DNA of 64,000 nt from Coraliomargarita sp. (GCA_024638885.1 JAHEJL010000009.1:5966-69965), one strand, 5' to 3'. Numbered from the stretch's first letter, positions 27,879 to 38,589 are shown. Notes: a model not told the origin generated them from the sequence alone. Numbers and translations are program-made.

Positions 27879-29252
27879 ATGAAGCACCCCGCCCTCTTGA
27901 TGCTGTTGATCGCCGCCCTCTGCCCCGCCGCCGACCGTCCGAACATCCTGATCATCGTCGGCGACGACATGGGCTATGCCGACGTCGGCTTCCATGGCTG
28001 CAAGGACATCCCGACCCCGCACCTCGACGCCCTCGCGGCCTCCGGGGTGCGCTTCACCAACGGCTACGTGACCGGACCTTACTGCTCGCCCACGCGCGCC
28101 GGCCTGCTCACCGGACGCCAGCAGACGCGCTTCGGCCACGAGTTCAATCCCGCCGGCGCCCATGGCCTGCCGCTGACGGAATCCACCCTGCCCGACCATC
28201 TGAAGGAAGCCGGCTACGTCACCGGCATGGTCGGCAAATGGCACTTGGGCTCCTTGCCCGCCCAGATCCCGCAACAACGCGGCTTCACCGATTTCTACGG
28301 CTTCCTCGGCGGCGCGCATAGCTACTTCAACGACGGCGGCATCCTGCGCGGCACCGAGCCGGTCAAGGAACTCGACTACACCACCGACGCCTTCGGCCGC
28401 GAAGCCGTGGCCTACGTCGAGCGTAACAAAGGCAAGCCCTGGATGCTTTACCTGGCCTTCAACGCCGTCCACACGCCGATGGACGCGACCAAGGAACGCC
28501 TGGCGAAATTCGCGTCGATCGAGAACAAGACCCGCCGCACCTACGCGGCGATGATGTCGGCGATGGACGACAACATCGGACGCGTGATCAAGGCCCTGAA
28601 GGACAGCGGCCAATATGAGAACACCCTCGTGACCTTCATCAGCGACAACGGCGGCCCCACCATGAACGGCGTGACCGTCAACGGCTCCGTGAACGCTCCG
28701 CTCCGCGGCTCCAAGCGCACGACGCTCGAAGGCGGCATCCGCGTTCCCTTCGTCATCTCCTGGCCCGCCCGCCTCAAGCCCGCGGTCTTCGACCCGATCG
28801 CGGTCCAGCTGGACCTGCACGCCACCGCCCTCGCCGCGGCCGGCGTGCCGGCCAAGGCCGAATGGAAGCTCGAAGGCGTGAACCTGCTCCCCTACCTCTC
28901 GGGCGAGAACAAGGCCGCTCCGCATGACGCCCTCTACTGGCGCTTCGGCGAGCAGATGGCTATCCGCCAAGGCGACTGGAAGCTCGTCCGCTACGACACC
29001 AACGCCGACACCAATGCCGGCCGGGGCAAGAAGCAGCCGACCTCCTCGGCCAGGCTGTACAACCTCGCGACCGACATCCACGAAGACAAGGACCTCTCCG
29101 CGGAGATGCCCGACAAGGCCAAGGAACTGCAGGCCCGCTGGGACGAGTGGAACAAGGCGAACGTCAAGCCGCTCTGGGGCTCCGGCGCGGGCGACAACGA
29201 CGGGCCTGAACCCGGCGAGGCGAAGAAGGGCAAGAAGAAGGCCGCGAAGTAA
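27879..29252 (+). CDS. Arylsulfatase-family sulfatase (formylglycine type)
   Basis: Signal peptide. NILIIVGDDMGYAD and CSPTRAGLLTGR (C-x-P-x-R). Confidence 0.9.
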   Translation: MKHPALLMLLIAALCPAADRPNILIIVGDDMGYADVGFHGCKDIPTPHLDALAASGVRFTNGYVTGPYCSPTRAGLLTGRQQTRFGHEFNPAGAHGLPLTESTLPDHLKEAGYVTGMVGKWHLGSLPAQIPQQRGFTDFYGFLGGAHSYFNDGGILRGTEPVKELDYTTDAFGREAVAYVERNKGKPWMLYLAFNAVHTPMDATKERLAKFASIENKTRRTYAAMMSAMDDNIGRVIKALKDSGQYENTLVTFISDNGGPTMNGVTVNGSVNAPLRGSKRTTLEGGIRVPFVISWPARLKPAVFDPIAVQLDLHATALAAAGVPAKAEWKLEGVNLLPYLSGENKAAPHDALYWRFGEQMAIRQGDWKLVRYDTNADTNAGRGKKQPTSSARLYNLATDIHEDKDLSAEMPDKAKELQARWDEWNKANVKPLWGSGAGDNDGPEPGEAKKGKKKAAK

Positions 29253-29259
29253 GCCCGCC

Positions 29260-30111
29260 CTATCGTTTCAGGTGCTTGTCCAGGAACCCTTGGATGAGCG
29301 CACGCGACTCGGCGCTGTCGAACTCTCGACCGCCGTGGCCGGCTCCGGGCAGCAGCTTCAAGGTCGATTCCACGCCGACGGATTGGAGGGCCGCATGCAG
29401 GCGCTCGCTCTGGTCGAGCGGGACGGAGGTATCCGCCGTGCCATGCATGATAAGGAACGGGACGTCGTCCTTCGTCACCTGATGCAGCGCGCTGACGGCC
29501 TTGGCCTTCTCGGGCTGGTCCATGACGATGCCCCCGAGCAGCACGGCGCCGTTCGCCTTGGCGAGCTCCGCGCGCGTGCGCTTTTCCGAGAGCACGTTGG
29601 GCGGCATGGTCAGGAGATCGGTCGGGCCATACCAATCGATGACGGCTTTTACCTTGTCACCGGGCGGCAACGTCAGCGTGCCCCACAGGGCCACCACGTG
29701 ACCGCCGGACGAACCCCCGATCGCGGCGGAGCGCTCAGCATCGAAGCCGTATTTGCCGGACTCCCGCCGCAACCAACGCAACGCCGCGATCGGATCTTCG
29801 ATCTGTGCGGGCCAAGAATGCTCGGGCAGAAGCCGGAAATCCAGGCTCGCGACGGCATAACCTTTGGCGGCCAGCCATGTGACCGGACAACCGGCCTTCG
29901 TCCCCTTGCCCCAACCTCCGCCATGCACCCAGATGACCAAAGGCATCGGCGCGGCCGGCCTGGCGTTAGGACGATAGAGATCCAGCTTGAGGCTGACGCC
30001 TTTCACCTGGGCATACTCGAGGTCGCGTGAGATCTCGACCCCTTCGGGCAATTTGGGCGCAGCGCCGAGCGCCATGGCGGCACCGAAGCACAACAGGAAA
30101 AAGGTCCTCAT
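29260..30111 (-). CDS. Secreted alpha/beta hydrolase (carboxylesterase/BD-FAE-like)
   Basis: Signal peptide MRTFFLLCFGAAMALGA, VIWVHGGGW (HGGG oxyanion motif), GGSSGG (GxSxG). The ATG at 30111 overlaps the stop of the upstream sulfatase (ATGA). Confidence 0.8.
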   Translation of the reverse strand: MRTFFLLCFGAAMALGAAPKLPEGVEISRDLEYAQVKGVSLKLDLYRPNARPAAPMPLVIWVHGGGWGKGTKAGCPVTWLAAKGYAVASLDFRLLPEHSWPAQIEDPIAALRWLRRESGKYGFDAERSAAIGGSSGGHVVALWGTLTLPPGDKVKAVIDWYGPTDLLTMPPNVLSEKRTRAELAKANGAVLLGGIVMDQPEKAKAVSALHQVTKDDVPFLIMHGTADTSVPLDQSERLHAALQSVGVESTLKLLPGAGHGGREFDSAESRALIQGFLDKHLKR

Positions 30112-31646
30112 TTGTTCTTGGCCTTGGCTTTGCCGGCCGGGCTTTTCTTGATGAGTTGCACGGGGACGTCGTTCGAGAGGTCGGCGCCGGGGGTACTGCG
30201 GCCACGCGCGATGATCTTCTCGAGTTCGGCCTTCATGGCGGCGACGCGCTCGGGGAATTCGGCCTGCAGGTTGTTCCGTTCGCCCGGATCCTGGGCCAGG
30301 TCGAAGAGCTGCACGGGCGGCAAGCCGGCTTCCTCCGGGCCGGGCTTCGGCGAACTCCAACCCCCCGAACCGGCGCTGAGGCAGAGCTTCCAACGGCCCT
30401 CGCGGATCGCGAAGCTGCCGTTGATCGATTGGCTGACGATGCCCTGACGCACCTCGGGCTTATCTCCGCGGAGGACCGGCAGGAAGCTCACGCTATCCTC
30501 GCCCATCGTGGCCGGGATGACGGCGCCGGTGAGCTCGGCGAAGGTGGCCAGGAAATCGATCTGGCCGACAAGGGCCGACGAGACGCCGGGCTTCACCTTC
30601 GCGGGCCAGCGGACGACGAACGGCACGCGGTGTCCGCCTTCATAGAGATCCGCTTTGTTGCCGCGGTAGATATAGCTCGGCTCATGGCCGGCCTTACGGA
30701 GTTCCGGGATGTTCGCCGCGGTCGAGCAACCGTTGTCGGACGTGAAGACCACGAGGGTGTTCTCGGCCAAGCCCTGCTGATCTAGCGCCGCCAGCAGACG
30801 GCCGACGTCATGGTCGACCTGCTTCACGAAATCAGCGTAAGGACTGATACCGCTTGAGCCTAGGAACTCCTTGGTCGGGACGATCGGCGTGTGCGGGGCG
30901 TTCAACGGAACATAGGCGAAGAACGGCTTCGCCGGAGCGGCCTTCTGCTGGCCTTCGATGAACGCGATGGCGTGGTCGATGACCGAAGGCATCACGTCGA
31001 CGGCTTCGAACTTCGGGCCGGCCGGCCCCGTACGCAGCCACGTCTTCGTCGCGCTGGGGATCTCCGTCATCCGGCGGTCCTTGATCCAGACGAACGGCGG
31101 CATGTCGAGCGAGGCGCTGATGCCATAGAAGGTGTCGAAGCCGTGGTCGACCGGGCCGCCGAAGATATCGCCGGCGAAGTCGATCATCCCGACGTTCTTC
31201 GGATTCTTGTCATATATGCCGCCGTCGTCCGCGTAACCGCCGCCGGCGAGCGGGAAGCTCATCCCGAGGTGCCACTTGCCGAAACAGCCGGTCGCATACC
31301 CTTGCTGCTTAAGCAGGCCGGCGAGGGTCAGACGGTCCTTGGCGATGAGCGGCGGAGAAAAACCGCCGAGCACGCCGGACTGCAGACGCGAGCGCCAATG
31401 GTAGCGGCCCGTCAGCAGGCTGTAACGGGTCGGCGTGCAGACGCCGGAAGACGTATGGCCGTCGGTGAAGCGCAGGCCGCCCTTGGCCAAGGCGTCCAGA
31501 TGCGGCGTCGGGATCTTGCTCTGCGGATTGTTGGCGCCGAAATCGCCGAAGCCTTGGTCGTCGGCCAGGATGACGATGATATTAGGCCGATCCGCCGCCG
31601 GGAGGAGCGAGGCCAGCAAGAAGCCGCAAAGAAAGGCGAAGCGCAT
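30108..31646 (-). CDS. Arylsulfatase-family sulfatase (formylglycine type)
   Basis: Signal peptide MRFAFLCGFLLASLLPA, NIIVILADDQGFGD, CTPTRYSLLTGR. Confidence 0.9.
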   Translation of the reverse strand: MRFAFLCGFLLASLLPAADRPNIIVILADDQGFGDFGANNPQSKIPTPHLDALAKGGLRFTDGHTSSGVCTPTRYSLLTGRYHWRSRLQSGVLGGFSPPLIAKDRLTLAGLLKQQGYATGCFGKWHLGMSFPLAGGGYADDGGIYDKNPKNVGMIDFAGDIFGGPVDHGFDTFYGISASLDMPPFVWIKDRRMTEIPSATKTWLRTGPAGPKFEAVDVMPSVIDHAIAFIEGQQKAAPAKPFFAYVPLNAPHTPIVPTKEFLGSSGISPYADFVKQVDHDVGRLLAALDQQGLAENTLVVFTSDNGCSTAANIPELRKAGHEPSYIYRGNKADLYEGGHRVPFVVRWPAKVKPGVSSALVGQIDFLATFAELTGAVIPATMGEDSVSFLPVLRGDKPEVRQGIVSQSINGSFAIREGRWKLCLSAGSGGWSSPKPGPEEAGLPPVQLFDLAQDPGERNNLQAEFPERVAAMKAELEKIIARGRSTPGADLSNDVPVQLIKKSPAGKAKAKNK

Positions 31647-31755
31647 AGGCGGGGTGGACGGGATGCTTGAACAAAACCGGGCCATCGCAACCCGAACCCT
31701 CGGCCTATCTTGTTTGCCTCCGGACGAGCCCTCCCCTATCCCCTAACCCTCTTCC

Positions 31756-33345
31756 ATGTCTTCCCTCCTCGGCCACTCTTTCATCGGTTTCTCCCGCGGA
31801 CAGTCCGCTGCCGCCCCCTACCGCGCCATCAACCCGGCGACGGCGACCGCCCTCGAGCCGGACTTCTTCCCGGCCACCCCCGCCGAGGCCGAAAAAGCCT
31901 GCGACCTGGCCGCCTCGGCCACGCCCGTCCTCGCCGCCCTTTCCGGCCAGAAGAAGGCCGCCTTCCTCCGCGACATCGCCACGCGCATCGAAGCCGCCAC
32001 GCCCGCCCTCGTCGCCCGCGCGACGCAGGAGACCGGCCTGCCCGAGGCCCGTTGCCAGGGTGAGATCGGCCGCACGATGGGCCAGCTGCGCCTCTTCGCC
32101 GACCTCGTCGAGAAAGGCGACTGGATCGACGCCCGCATCGAGACCGCCAACCCGGACCGCAAGCCGCTGCCGAAGCCCGATCACCGTTCGCTGCTCCGCC
32201 CCGTCGGCCCGGTCGCCGTCTTCTGCGCGAGCAATTTCCCCTTCGCCTACTCCGTCGCCGGCGGTGACACCGCTTCCGCCTTCGCCGCGGGCTGCCCGGT
32301 CATCGTGATGGCCCACCACGCCCACGTCGGCACCGCCGAGATCATGGGCGGACTCATCGTCGAGGCCGTGAAGGCCGCCGGCCTGCCGGAAGGCACCTTC
32401 TCCCTGCTGATGGGCGAAGGCCGCATCATCGGCCAGCAGGTCGCCAAGCACCCTGCCCTCCGCGCCATCGGCTTCACCGGCTCCCGGGTCGGCGGACGCG
32501 CCCTGATGGACACCGCCGCCGCCCGCCCGACCCCGATCCCGGTCTACGCCGAGATGAGCAGCGTCAATCCGGTCGTCCTCCTCGAAGGCGCGCTCGCCGC
32601 CCGCGGCGAAACCATCGCGACCGGCCTGCTCGGTTCGTGCACGCTCGGCGTCGGCCAGTTCTGCACCCAGCCCGGCCTCATCGTCCTGACCCGTACCGCC
32701 GCCGCCGAAGCCTTCGTCGCCAAGCTCTCCGCGCTCTTCACCGACTGCGCCGACGGCGTCATGCTGACCGCCGGCATCCACCAGGCCTACCAGAAGGGCC
32801 TCGCCGCCCGCGCCGCCCAGACCGGCGTCAAGGTGCTGGCCCAAGGCAAGTCGAGCAGCCTGCCCAACCGGGCGGTCGCCACGCTCTTCGCCACCGAAGC
32901 CAAGACCTTCGTCGCCGACGCCTCGCTGCAGGAAGAGATCTTCGGCCCGAGCTCGCTCGTCATCTGGTGCGCCGACCAGCGCGAGGTCGACGCCGTCCTC
33001 GGCGCCCTCCACGGCAACCTCACCGCGACCGTCCATGGCACCGACGCCGAACTGGCGCAGCACGCCGCGCTCATCGCGCGCCTCGAGGCCGTCGCCGGCC
33101 GCGTGGTGGTCAACGGCTTCCCCACCGGCGTGGAAGTCTCGCATGCCATCGTGCACGGCGGGCCTTACCCGTCGCTCTCGGACGGCCGCACGACTTCCGT
33201 CGGCTCCAACGCCATCTACCGCTTCACGCGCCTGGTCTGCTTCCAGAACTATCCGGACGCCGCCCTGCCCGCCGAACTCCGCAACGCCAACCCGCTCGGC
33301 CTCTCGCGCCTCGTGAACGGCGCCCGCTCGAATGCGGCCCTCTGA
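31756..33345 (+). CDS. Aldehyde dehydrogenase, alpha-ketoglutaric semialdehyde dehydrogenase-like
   Basis: 529 aa. FCASNFPFAYSVAGGDTASA, EMSSVNP and GQFCTQPG (catalytic Cys). It sits in operon context with kdgD and gudD. Confidence 0.8.
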   Translation: MSSLLGHSFIGFSRGQSAAAPYRAINPATATALEPDFFPATPAEAEKACDLAASATPVLAALSGQKKAAFLRDIATRIEAATPALVARATQETGLPEARCQGEIGRTMGQLRLFADLVEKGDWIDARIETANPDRKPLPKPDHRSLLRPVGPVAVFCASNFPFAYSVAGGDTASAFAAGCPVIVMAHHAHVGTAEIMGGLIVEAVKAAGLPEGTFSLLMGEGRIIGQQVAKHPALRAIGFTGSRVGGRALMDTAAARPTPIPVYAEMSSVNPVVLLEGALAARGETIATGLLGSCTLGVGQFCTQPGLIVLTRTAAAEAFVAKLSALFTDCADGVMLTAGIHQAYQKGLAARAAQTGVKVLAQGKSSSLPNRAVATLFATEAKTFVADASLQEEIFGPSSLVIWCADQREVDAVLGALHGNLTATVHGTDAELAQHAALIARLEAVAGRVVVNGFPTGVEVSHAIVHGGPYPSLSDGRTTSVGSNAIYRFTRLVCFQNYPDAALPAELRNANPLGLSRLVNGARSNAAL

Positions 33346-33390
33346 CCTAACCGCCCACCGTCTCCTAACCGCGCACCGCTAACCGCTTAC
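33344..33390. repeat. Three direct CTAACCGC units (33347, 33365, 33379) in the aldehyde-dehydrogenase/kdgD spacer
   Basis: GACCTAACCGCC...CCTAACCGCG...ACCGCTAACCGCTTA. The first and last blocks recur almost verbatim at 42363-42396. Confidence 0.7.
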
Positions 33391-33401
33391 ATCTTCCTTT
33401 C

Positions 33402-34313
33402 ATGTCTCCCCTCGAACTCCAGAAGGTCCTCTCGTCCGGCCTGCTCTCCTTCCCGATCACCGACTTCAAGGCGAACGGTGATTTCGACGCCGCCGGTTAC
33501 GCTAAGCGCCTCCAGTGGCTCGCGCCTTATGGGGCCACCGCGCTCTTCGCCGCCGGCGGCACGGGCGAATTCTTCTCCCTCGAGCCGAAGGAATACTCCT
33601 CCGTGATCAAGACCGCGGTCGACACCTGCGACGGCCTCGTGCCGATCCTCGCCGGCGCCGGCGGCCCGACGCGCGTGGCCATCCAGTACGCCCAGGAAGC
33701 CGAACGCCTCGGCGCCAAGGGCATCCTGCTCCTGCCCCATTACCTCACCGAGACCAACCAGGACGGCGTGGCCGCCCACGTCGACCAGGTCTGCAAGTCG
33801 GTCAAGATCGGCGTCGTCGTCTACAATCGCAACGTCTGCCGCCTCCAGCCGCACCACCTCGAGAAGCTCGCCGCCAACAATCCGAACCTCATCGGCTACA
33901 AGGACGGCTTCGGCGACATCGAGCTCATGGTGTCGATCCGTCGGCGCATGGGCGACCGCTTCAGCTACCTCGGCGGCCTGCCGACGGCCGAAGTCTACGC
34001 CGCCGCCTACAAGGCCATGGGCGTGCCGGTCTACTCGTCCGCCGTCTTCAACTTCATCCCGCAGACCGCGATGGACTTCTACCACGCCGTCGCGAAGGAC
34101 GACCACGCCACGCAGAACCGCCTGCTCGACACCTTCTTCCTGCCCTACCTCGAGATCCGCAACAAGAGCGCCGGCTACGCCGTCAGCATCATCAAGGCCG
34201 GCGCCACGATCGTCGGCCATGGCGCGGGTCCGGTGCGGGCGCCCCTGACCGACCTCAAGCCGGCCGAAGCCGAACAGCTCGCCGCGCTCATCGCCAAGGC
34301 GGGCGTCAAGTAA
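33402..34313 (+). CDS. kdgD: 5-dehydro-4-deoxyglucarate dehydratase
   Basis: [23 protein letters not shown] and LLLPHYL are close to characterised KdgD (DapA family). 303 aa. Confidence 0.9.
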   Translation: MSPLELQKVLSSGLLSFPITDFKANGDFDAAGYAKRLQWLAPYGATALFAAGGTGEFFSLEPKEYSSVIKTAVDTCDGLVPILAGAGGPTRVAIQYAQEAERLGAKGILLLPHYLTETNQDGVAAHVDQVCKSVKIGVVVYNRNVCRLQPHHLEKLAANNPNLIGYKDGFGDIELMVSIRRRMGDRFSYLGGLPTAEVYAAAYKAMGVPVYSSAVFNFIPQTAMDFYHAVAKDDHATQNRLLDTFFLPYLEIRNKSAGYAVSIIKAGATIVGHGAGPVRAPLTDLKPAEAEQLAALIAKAGVK

Positions 34314-34319
34314 GCCGCC

Positions 34320-35666
34320 ATGCGCGAGCCCGAGCTCCAGTCCGCGGTCTCCAAGGTGAAGTGGCGGATCCTGCCGCTGTTCGTCGTGATGTTCATCGTG
34401 AACTACATCGACCGGGTGAACATCAGCTTCATCAAGGAACAGCTCGGGACCGAGCTCGGCATCGGCGACCTCGCCTACGGTTTCGGCGCGGGTCTTTTCT
34501 TCTGGGGCTACGCCTTGCTGGAAGTCCCCGCGAACCTCGCGCTGGAACGGCTCGGCGCCCGCCGCTGGCTGACGATCATCGCCGTGACCTGGGGCTTGCT
34601 CGCGACCGGGCTCGCCTTCGTCCGCAACGAGTATGAGTTCTACGCGCTCCGCTTCGCCCTCGGCGCCGCGGAGGCCGGCTTCTTCCCCGGCGTGGTCTAC
34701 TACTTCACCCGCTGGTTGCCTTCCGCGGAACGCGGCAAGGCCATGGCGATCTTCCTGAGCGGTTCCGCGATCGCCACCATCCTCTCCGGCCCCCTTTCCT
34801 CATATCTGCTCCAGCTGAGCGTCCCCGGCCTGCAGCCTTGGCAGTGGATGATCGTCTTCGAAGGCGCCTTCTCCGTCGTGATGGCGGGCGTCCTCTGGCT
34901 CCTGCTGGATTCCCACATCAGCGACGCCCGCTGGCTGACGGACGGCGAGCGCGCCTCGCTCGAACAGACGCTCGAGGCGGAACGCGCCCGCTCCGCGCGC
35001 CCCGGCGCCGTCGACAAGTTCGCCCTGCTGACCTCCCCCGTCGTGCTTGGCTTCTGCGGCGTCTACTTCGCCATCCAGCTCACCATCTACGCGGTGACCT
35101 TCTGGCTGCCGACGATCATCAAGGAGATGCTGGCGACGCCCGGACCGCACGGCGGCCTGCTCGGCCTCACCGAAGATTTCGTGCGCTGGCTGGGCTACGC
35201 CGAGCCGAAAGCCGTCGCGGTGATGTCGGCCGGCTTCCTCAACTCGCTGCCTTGGATCGTCTCGGTCATCGGCATGATCGCCGCGGCCTACGCCGCCGCC
35301 CGCTGGAAGAACCAGCAGGGCTGGGTCGCCACCGCGCTCGTCGTCGCCGGCCTCGGCATGCTGGTCGCCGGACACTCCGCCCCCGCCGTCGCCTTCGGCG
35401 CCATCTGCTTCGCCGCGCTGGGTTTCAAGTCCGCCGCGTCGCTCTTCTGGCCGATTCCGCAGCAGAACCTCGACCCACGCATCGCCGCCGCCGGCATCGC
35501 CTTGATCAACTCGCTCGGCAACCTGGGCGGCTGGGCCGCGCCGATCGCCTTCGGCTGGATCAAGCAGACGACCGGCTCGGTGTATATCGGCCTCTACGGT
35601 CTCGCCTTCACTTCGTTGCTCACCGCCGCCCTGGTGTTCTTCACCCGCCCCAAGGCCAAGGCCTGA
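34320..35666 (+). CDS. MFS transporter, anion:cation symporter (glucarate/galactarate/hexuronate type)
   Basis: 12-TM pattern and the [10 protein letters not shown] motif of the ACS subfamily. Operon context supports the call. Confidence 0.8.
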   Translation: MREPELQSAVSKVKWRILPLFVVMFIVNYIDRVNISFIKEQLGTELGIGDLAYGFGAGLFFWGYALLEVPANLALERLGARRWLTIIAVTWGLLATGLAFVRNEYEFYALRFALGAAEAGFFPGVVYYFTRWLPSAERGKAMAIFLSGSAIATILSGPLSSYLLQLSVPGLQPWQWMIVFEGAFSVVMAGVLWLLLDSHISDARWLTDGERASLEQTLEAERARSARPGAVDKFALLTSPVVLGFCGVYFAIQLTIYAVTFWLPTIIKEMLATPGPHGGLLGLTEDFVRWLGYAEPKAVAVMSAGFLNSLPWIVSVIGMIAAAYAAARWKNQQGWVATALVVAGLGMLVAGHSAPAVAFGAICFAALGFKSAASLFWPIPQQNLDPRIAAAGIALINSLGNLGGWAAPIAFGWIKQTTGSVYIGLYGLAFTSLLTAALVFFTRPKAKA

Positions 35667-35703
35667 GCGTGCCCGTATCCCTCCTGTCCTCGATTCCCCT
35701 CTG

Positions 35704-37029
35704 ATGTCCTCCCCTCTCATCAAGTCCATCCGCGTCGTGCCGGTCGCCGGCCATGACAGCATGCTGCTCAACCTGAGCGGCGCGCACGGCCCCTTCTTCA
35801 CGCGCAACATCGTCCTCATCACCGACAGCTCCGGACGTACCGGCCTCGGCGAAGTCCCCGGCGGCGAGAAGATCCGCCAGACGGTGGAAGACGCCGCCCC
35901 GTTGCTCGTCGGCCAGCCGATCGCCGACTACGAGAAGCTGCTCGCCGAAGTCAGCGTCGCCTTCTCCGACCGCGATGCGGGCGGACGCGGCCTGCAGACC
36001 TTCGACCTCCGCGTGACCATCCACGCCGTCACGGCGATCGAATCCGCCCTGCTCGACCTCCTCGGCCAGTTCCAGTCGAAGCCCGTCGCGGCGCTCCTCG
36101 GCAAAGGCCAGCAGCGCTCCGAAGTCGAGATGCTCGGCTACCTCTTCTTCATCGGCGATCGCCGCAAGACCACCCTCGGCTATCGCGACGAGGCCGGCTC
36201 GGCGCACGCCTGGCACCGCCTCCGCAACGAGGAAGCCCTCACGCCCGAAAGCATCGTCCGTCAGGCCGAAGCCGCGCAGGAACGCTTCGGCTTCCAGGAC
36301 TTCAAGCTCAAGGGCGGCGTGCTCAGCCCCGCGCGCGAGATCGAAGCCGTCCGCGCCCTCGCCGCGCGCTTCCCCAAGGCCCGCATCACCCTCGACCCCA
36401 ACGGCGCCTGGCTGCTGAAGGAAGCCGTCGAGGTCTGCCAGAACCTGAAGGGCGTGCTCGCCTACGCCGAAGACCCCTGCGGCGCCGAGGCGGGTTTCTC
36501 CGGCCGCGAGATCATGGCAGAGTTCAAGAAGGCCACCGGCCTGCGCACCGCCACCAACATGGTGGCCACCGATTGGCGCCAGCTCGACCACGCCTTGAAG
36601 CTGCAGGCGGTCGACATCCCGCTCGCGGATCCGCACTTCTGGACGATGCAGGGCTCGGTCGCCGTGGCGCAGGTCTGCCAGGAACGCGGCCTCACCTGGG
36701 GCTCCCATTCCAACAACCATTTCGACATCTCCCTCGCGATGTTCACGCACGTCGGCGCCGCCGCCCCGGGCGACGTCACCGCGATGGACACGCACTGGAT
36801 CTGGCAGGAAGGCCAGCGCCTCACCAAGGAGCCGCTGCTCATCCAGGGCGGCAAGGTCGCGGTCCCGCAACGGCCCGGCCTCGGCATCGAGATCGACCCG
36901 GCCCAGCTCGAGGCGGCGCACCAGCTCTACCTGAAGCTGCCGTCCGGTTCGCGTGACGACGCCGTGGCGATGCAGTTCCTCATCCCGGGCTGGAAATTCG
37001 ACCCCAAGAAGCCCTGCCTCGTCCGGTAA
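35704..37029 (+). CDS. gudD: Glucarate dehydratase
   Basis: [48 protein letters not shown] is near-identical in pattern to the enolase-superfamily GudD N-terminus. 441 aa. Confidence 0.9.
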   Translation: MSSPLIKSIRVVPVAGHDSMLLNLSGAHGPFFTRNIVLITDSSGRTGLGEVPGGEKIRQTVEDAAPLLVGQPIADYEKLLAEVSVAFSDRDAGGRGLQTFDLRVTIHAVTAIESALLDLLGQFQSKPVAALLGKGQQRSEVEMLGYLFFIGDRRKTTLGYRDEAGSAHAWHRLRNEEALTPESIVRQAEAAQERFGFQDFKLKGGVLSPAREIEAVRALAARFPKARITLDPNGAWLLKEAVEVCQNLKGVLAYAEDPCGAEAGFSGREIMAEFKKATGLRTATNMVATDWRQLDHALKLQAVDIPLADPHFWTMQGSVAVAQVCQERGLTWGSHSNNHFDISLAMFTHVGAAAPGDVTAMDTHWIWQEGQRLTKEPLLIQGGKVAVPQRPGLGIEIDPAQLEAAHQLYLKLPSGSRDDAVAMQFLIPGWKFDPKKPCLVR

Positions 37030-37050
37030 GCGCCGTCCGCCCGGACAAAG

Positions 37051-37084
37051 AAAAAGCCGTCGACCCGCGAGGGCCGACGGCTTT
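37051..37084. terminator. Bidirectional intrinsic terminator between gudD and the convergent OMP gene
   Basis: AAAAA-GCCGTCGACCC-GCGA-GGGCCGACGGC-TTT: a GC-rich stem with a GNRA loop, an A-run on one side and a T-run on the other. Confidence 0.75.
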
Positions 37085-37105
37085 CGTCGTGCTAAGCGCT
37101 GAGGC

Positions 37106-37630
37106 TTAGAACTTGTAGCGGACGCCGAGGCTCCAGGCGCTGGCGTTGGCCTGACCGTCGCGACGGACGAGGGTGTAACCCAGGTCGGCGGAGATGTTGC
37201 TGACGATCATCTTGCTGACGGCGAAGTTCACGTCGTGGCCGTTGGAGACACGCTCGTAGGAAGCCCAGGCGCCGAAGCCGGCGCCGAGGGCGCGGTGGAG
37301 GGCGAGGCCGTAGGACTCGTCGGAGCCGACGGTGACGGCGACGTCCGCGAGGGAGGCGACGTTCTTGAAGCGGTAGCCGAGGGAAGCGGTGTCGGCGCCG
37401 TTGCCGAGGTCGCCGCCGACGGAGGTCAGGGCGTTGACGAAGAGGTCGGACTTGCCGAGGTAGGCGGTGGCGGAGAGGTCCCAGCCGTTCTGGTGGCCGG
37501 AGACGCCGTTGGTCGAGAGCTGGACGTAGCTCACTTCGACGTTGTTGCCGAAGAGGCTGGCCGGACCGGAAGCCGCGAAGGCGGAGGCCGAGCCGAGGGC
37601 GAGGAGGCTGAGGAGGGGGAGGTGCTTCAT
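37106..37630 (-). CDS. Small outer-membrane beta-barrel protein (OmpW/OmpX-like size)
   Basis: Signal peptide MKHLPLLSLLALGSASAFA, alternating hydrophobic beta-strand pattern, C-terminal ...LGVRYKF (terminal Phe). Confidence 0.65.
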   Translation of the reverse strand: MKHLPLLSLLALGSASAFAASGPASLFGNNVEVSYVQLSTNGVSGHQNGWDLSATAYLGKSDLFVNALTSVGGDLGNGADTASLGYRFKNVASLADVAVTVGSDESYGLALHRALGAGFGAWASYERVSNGHDVNFAVSKMIVSNISADLGYTLVRRDGQANASAWSLGVRYKF

Positions 37631-37760
37631 AGGGTGTAGGGTACGTGCTTATAAACAGCCAGAACACCCGGCGGTTCCAGAATAAAAATATAGCCGTCCT
37701 ATGACAGCCACGGCGGCGGATTAGGTTCGTAGCGCCCCGGGCACGGGACACCTTCGCGGG

Positions 37761-38561
37761 ATGCTCGGAGCCATCGCCGGCGACATCATCGGATCGGTCC
37801 ACGAATTCAGCCGGAACGAAGACCACGGCTTCCCGCTCTTCGTCGCGCGCTCCTCGCCGACCGACGACTCGCTGCTCACGTGGGCCGTCGCGGAGACGAT
37901 CCTGCGCGGCGAGCGCGACTACAAGCCGCGCCTCGTCGGGATGGTCGGCTATTACGAGAAGCACGGGCACAAGGCGCCGCTGTCCGCCGCGTTCGGCGGG
38001 GGCTTCAGCGGCTGGGTCTACGACGGCGCGCCGGGCGAACGTGATTCCTACGGCAACGGCTCGGCCATGCGCGTCTCGCCCGTGGCCTGGGCGTTCGACG
38101 ACCTCGAGACCGTGCTCGAGCACGCGACGCTCAGCGCGCGGCCGTCGCATAACCACCCCGAGGGCATCAAGGGAGCGCAAGCCGTGGCGGCGGCGATCTG
38201 GACCGCCCGCAAGTATCGCAACCCCGCCGCCGTCCGGGCCGTCGCCGAAAACTTCTACGGTCCCCTGCCCGACCTCGAGGTCATCCGGAAGACCCACGTC
38301 TATAACGAGACCTGCCAAGGGTGCGTGCCCGAGTGCCTGGCCATCGCCGTCGGTACGGGTGACTTCGAGTCCGCGGTCCGCTTCGCGGCCTCCGTGCGGG
38401 GCGACGCTGATACCCTGGCCGCCATCACCGGTTCGGTCAGCCAAGCCCTCTGGGGGCTGCCCAAGGGCATCCGGGAGCAATCCTTGGCCATCGCCGCCCG
38501 GTGCTACCCCGGCTTGGAGCAGACCGTGGCCGAATTCGAGGCCCGGTTCGGCGGATATTGA
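37761..38561 (+). CDS. ADP-ribosylglycohydrolase family protein (ARH/DraG-like)
   Basis: GAIAGDIIGS, TDDSLLT, GNGSAMRVSP, NHPEG and RGDADTLAAITG are the family's metal- and ribose-binding blocks. Confidence 0.8.
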   Translation: MLGAIAGDIIGSVHEFSRNEDHGFPLFVARSSPTDDSLLTWAVAETILRGERDYKPRLVGMVGYYEKHGHKAPLSAAFGGGFSGWVYDGAPGERDSYGNGSAMRVSPVAWAFDDLETVLEHATLSARPSHNHPEGIKGAQAVAAAIWTARKYRNPAAVRAVAENFYGPLPDLEVIRKTHVYNETCQGCVPECLAIAVGTGDFESAVRFAASVRGDADTLAAITGSVSQALWGLPKGIREQSLAIAARCYPGLEQTVAEFEARFGGY

Positions 38562-38589
38562 GCTTTATATGGCCTTTTGGCCTGTCGGC

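Noticed and set aside
37660-37690. GAAC-N8-GTTC (CAGAACACCCGGCGGTTCCAG) upstream of the ARH gene as a third LexA site
   Set aside because: The spacing differs from the N4 boxes at lexA and the flanks are not palindromic. It is recorded only as something to test if a LexA motif model is built.
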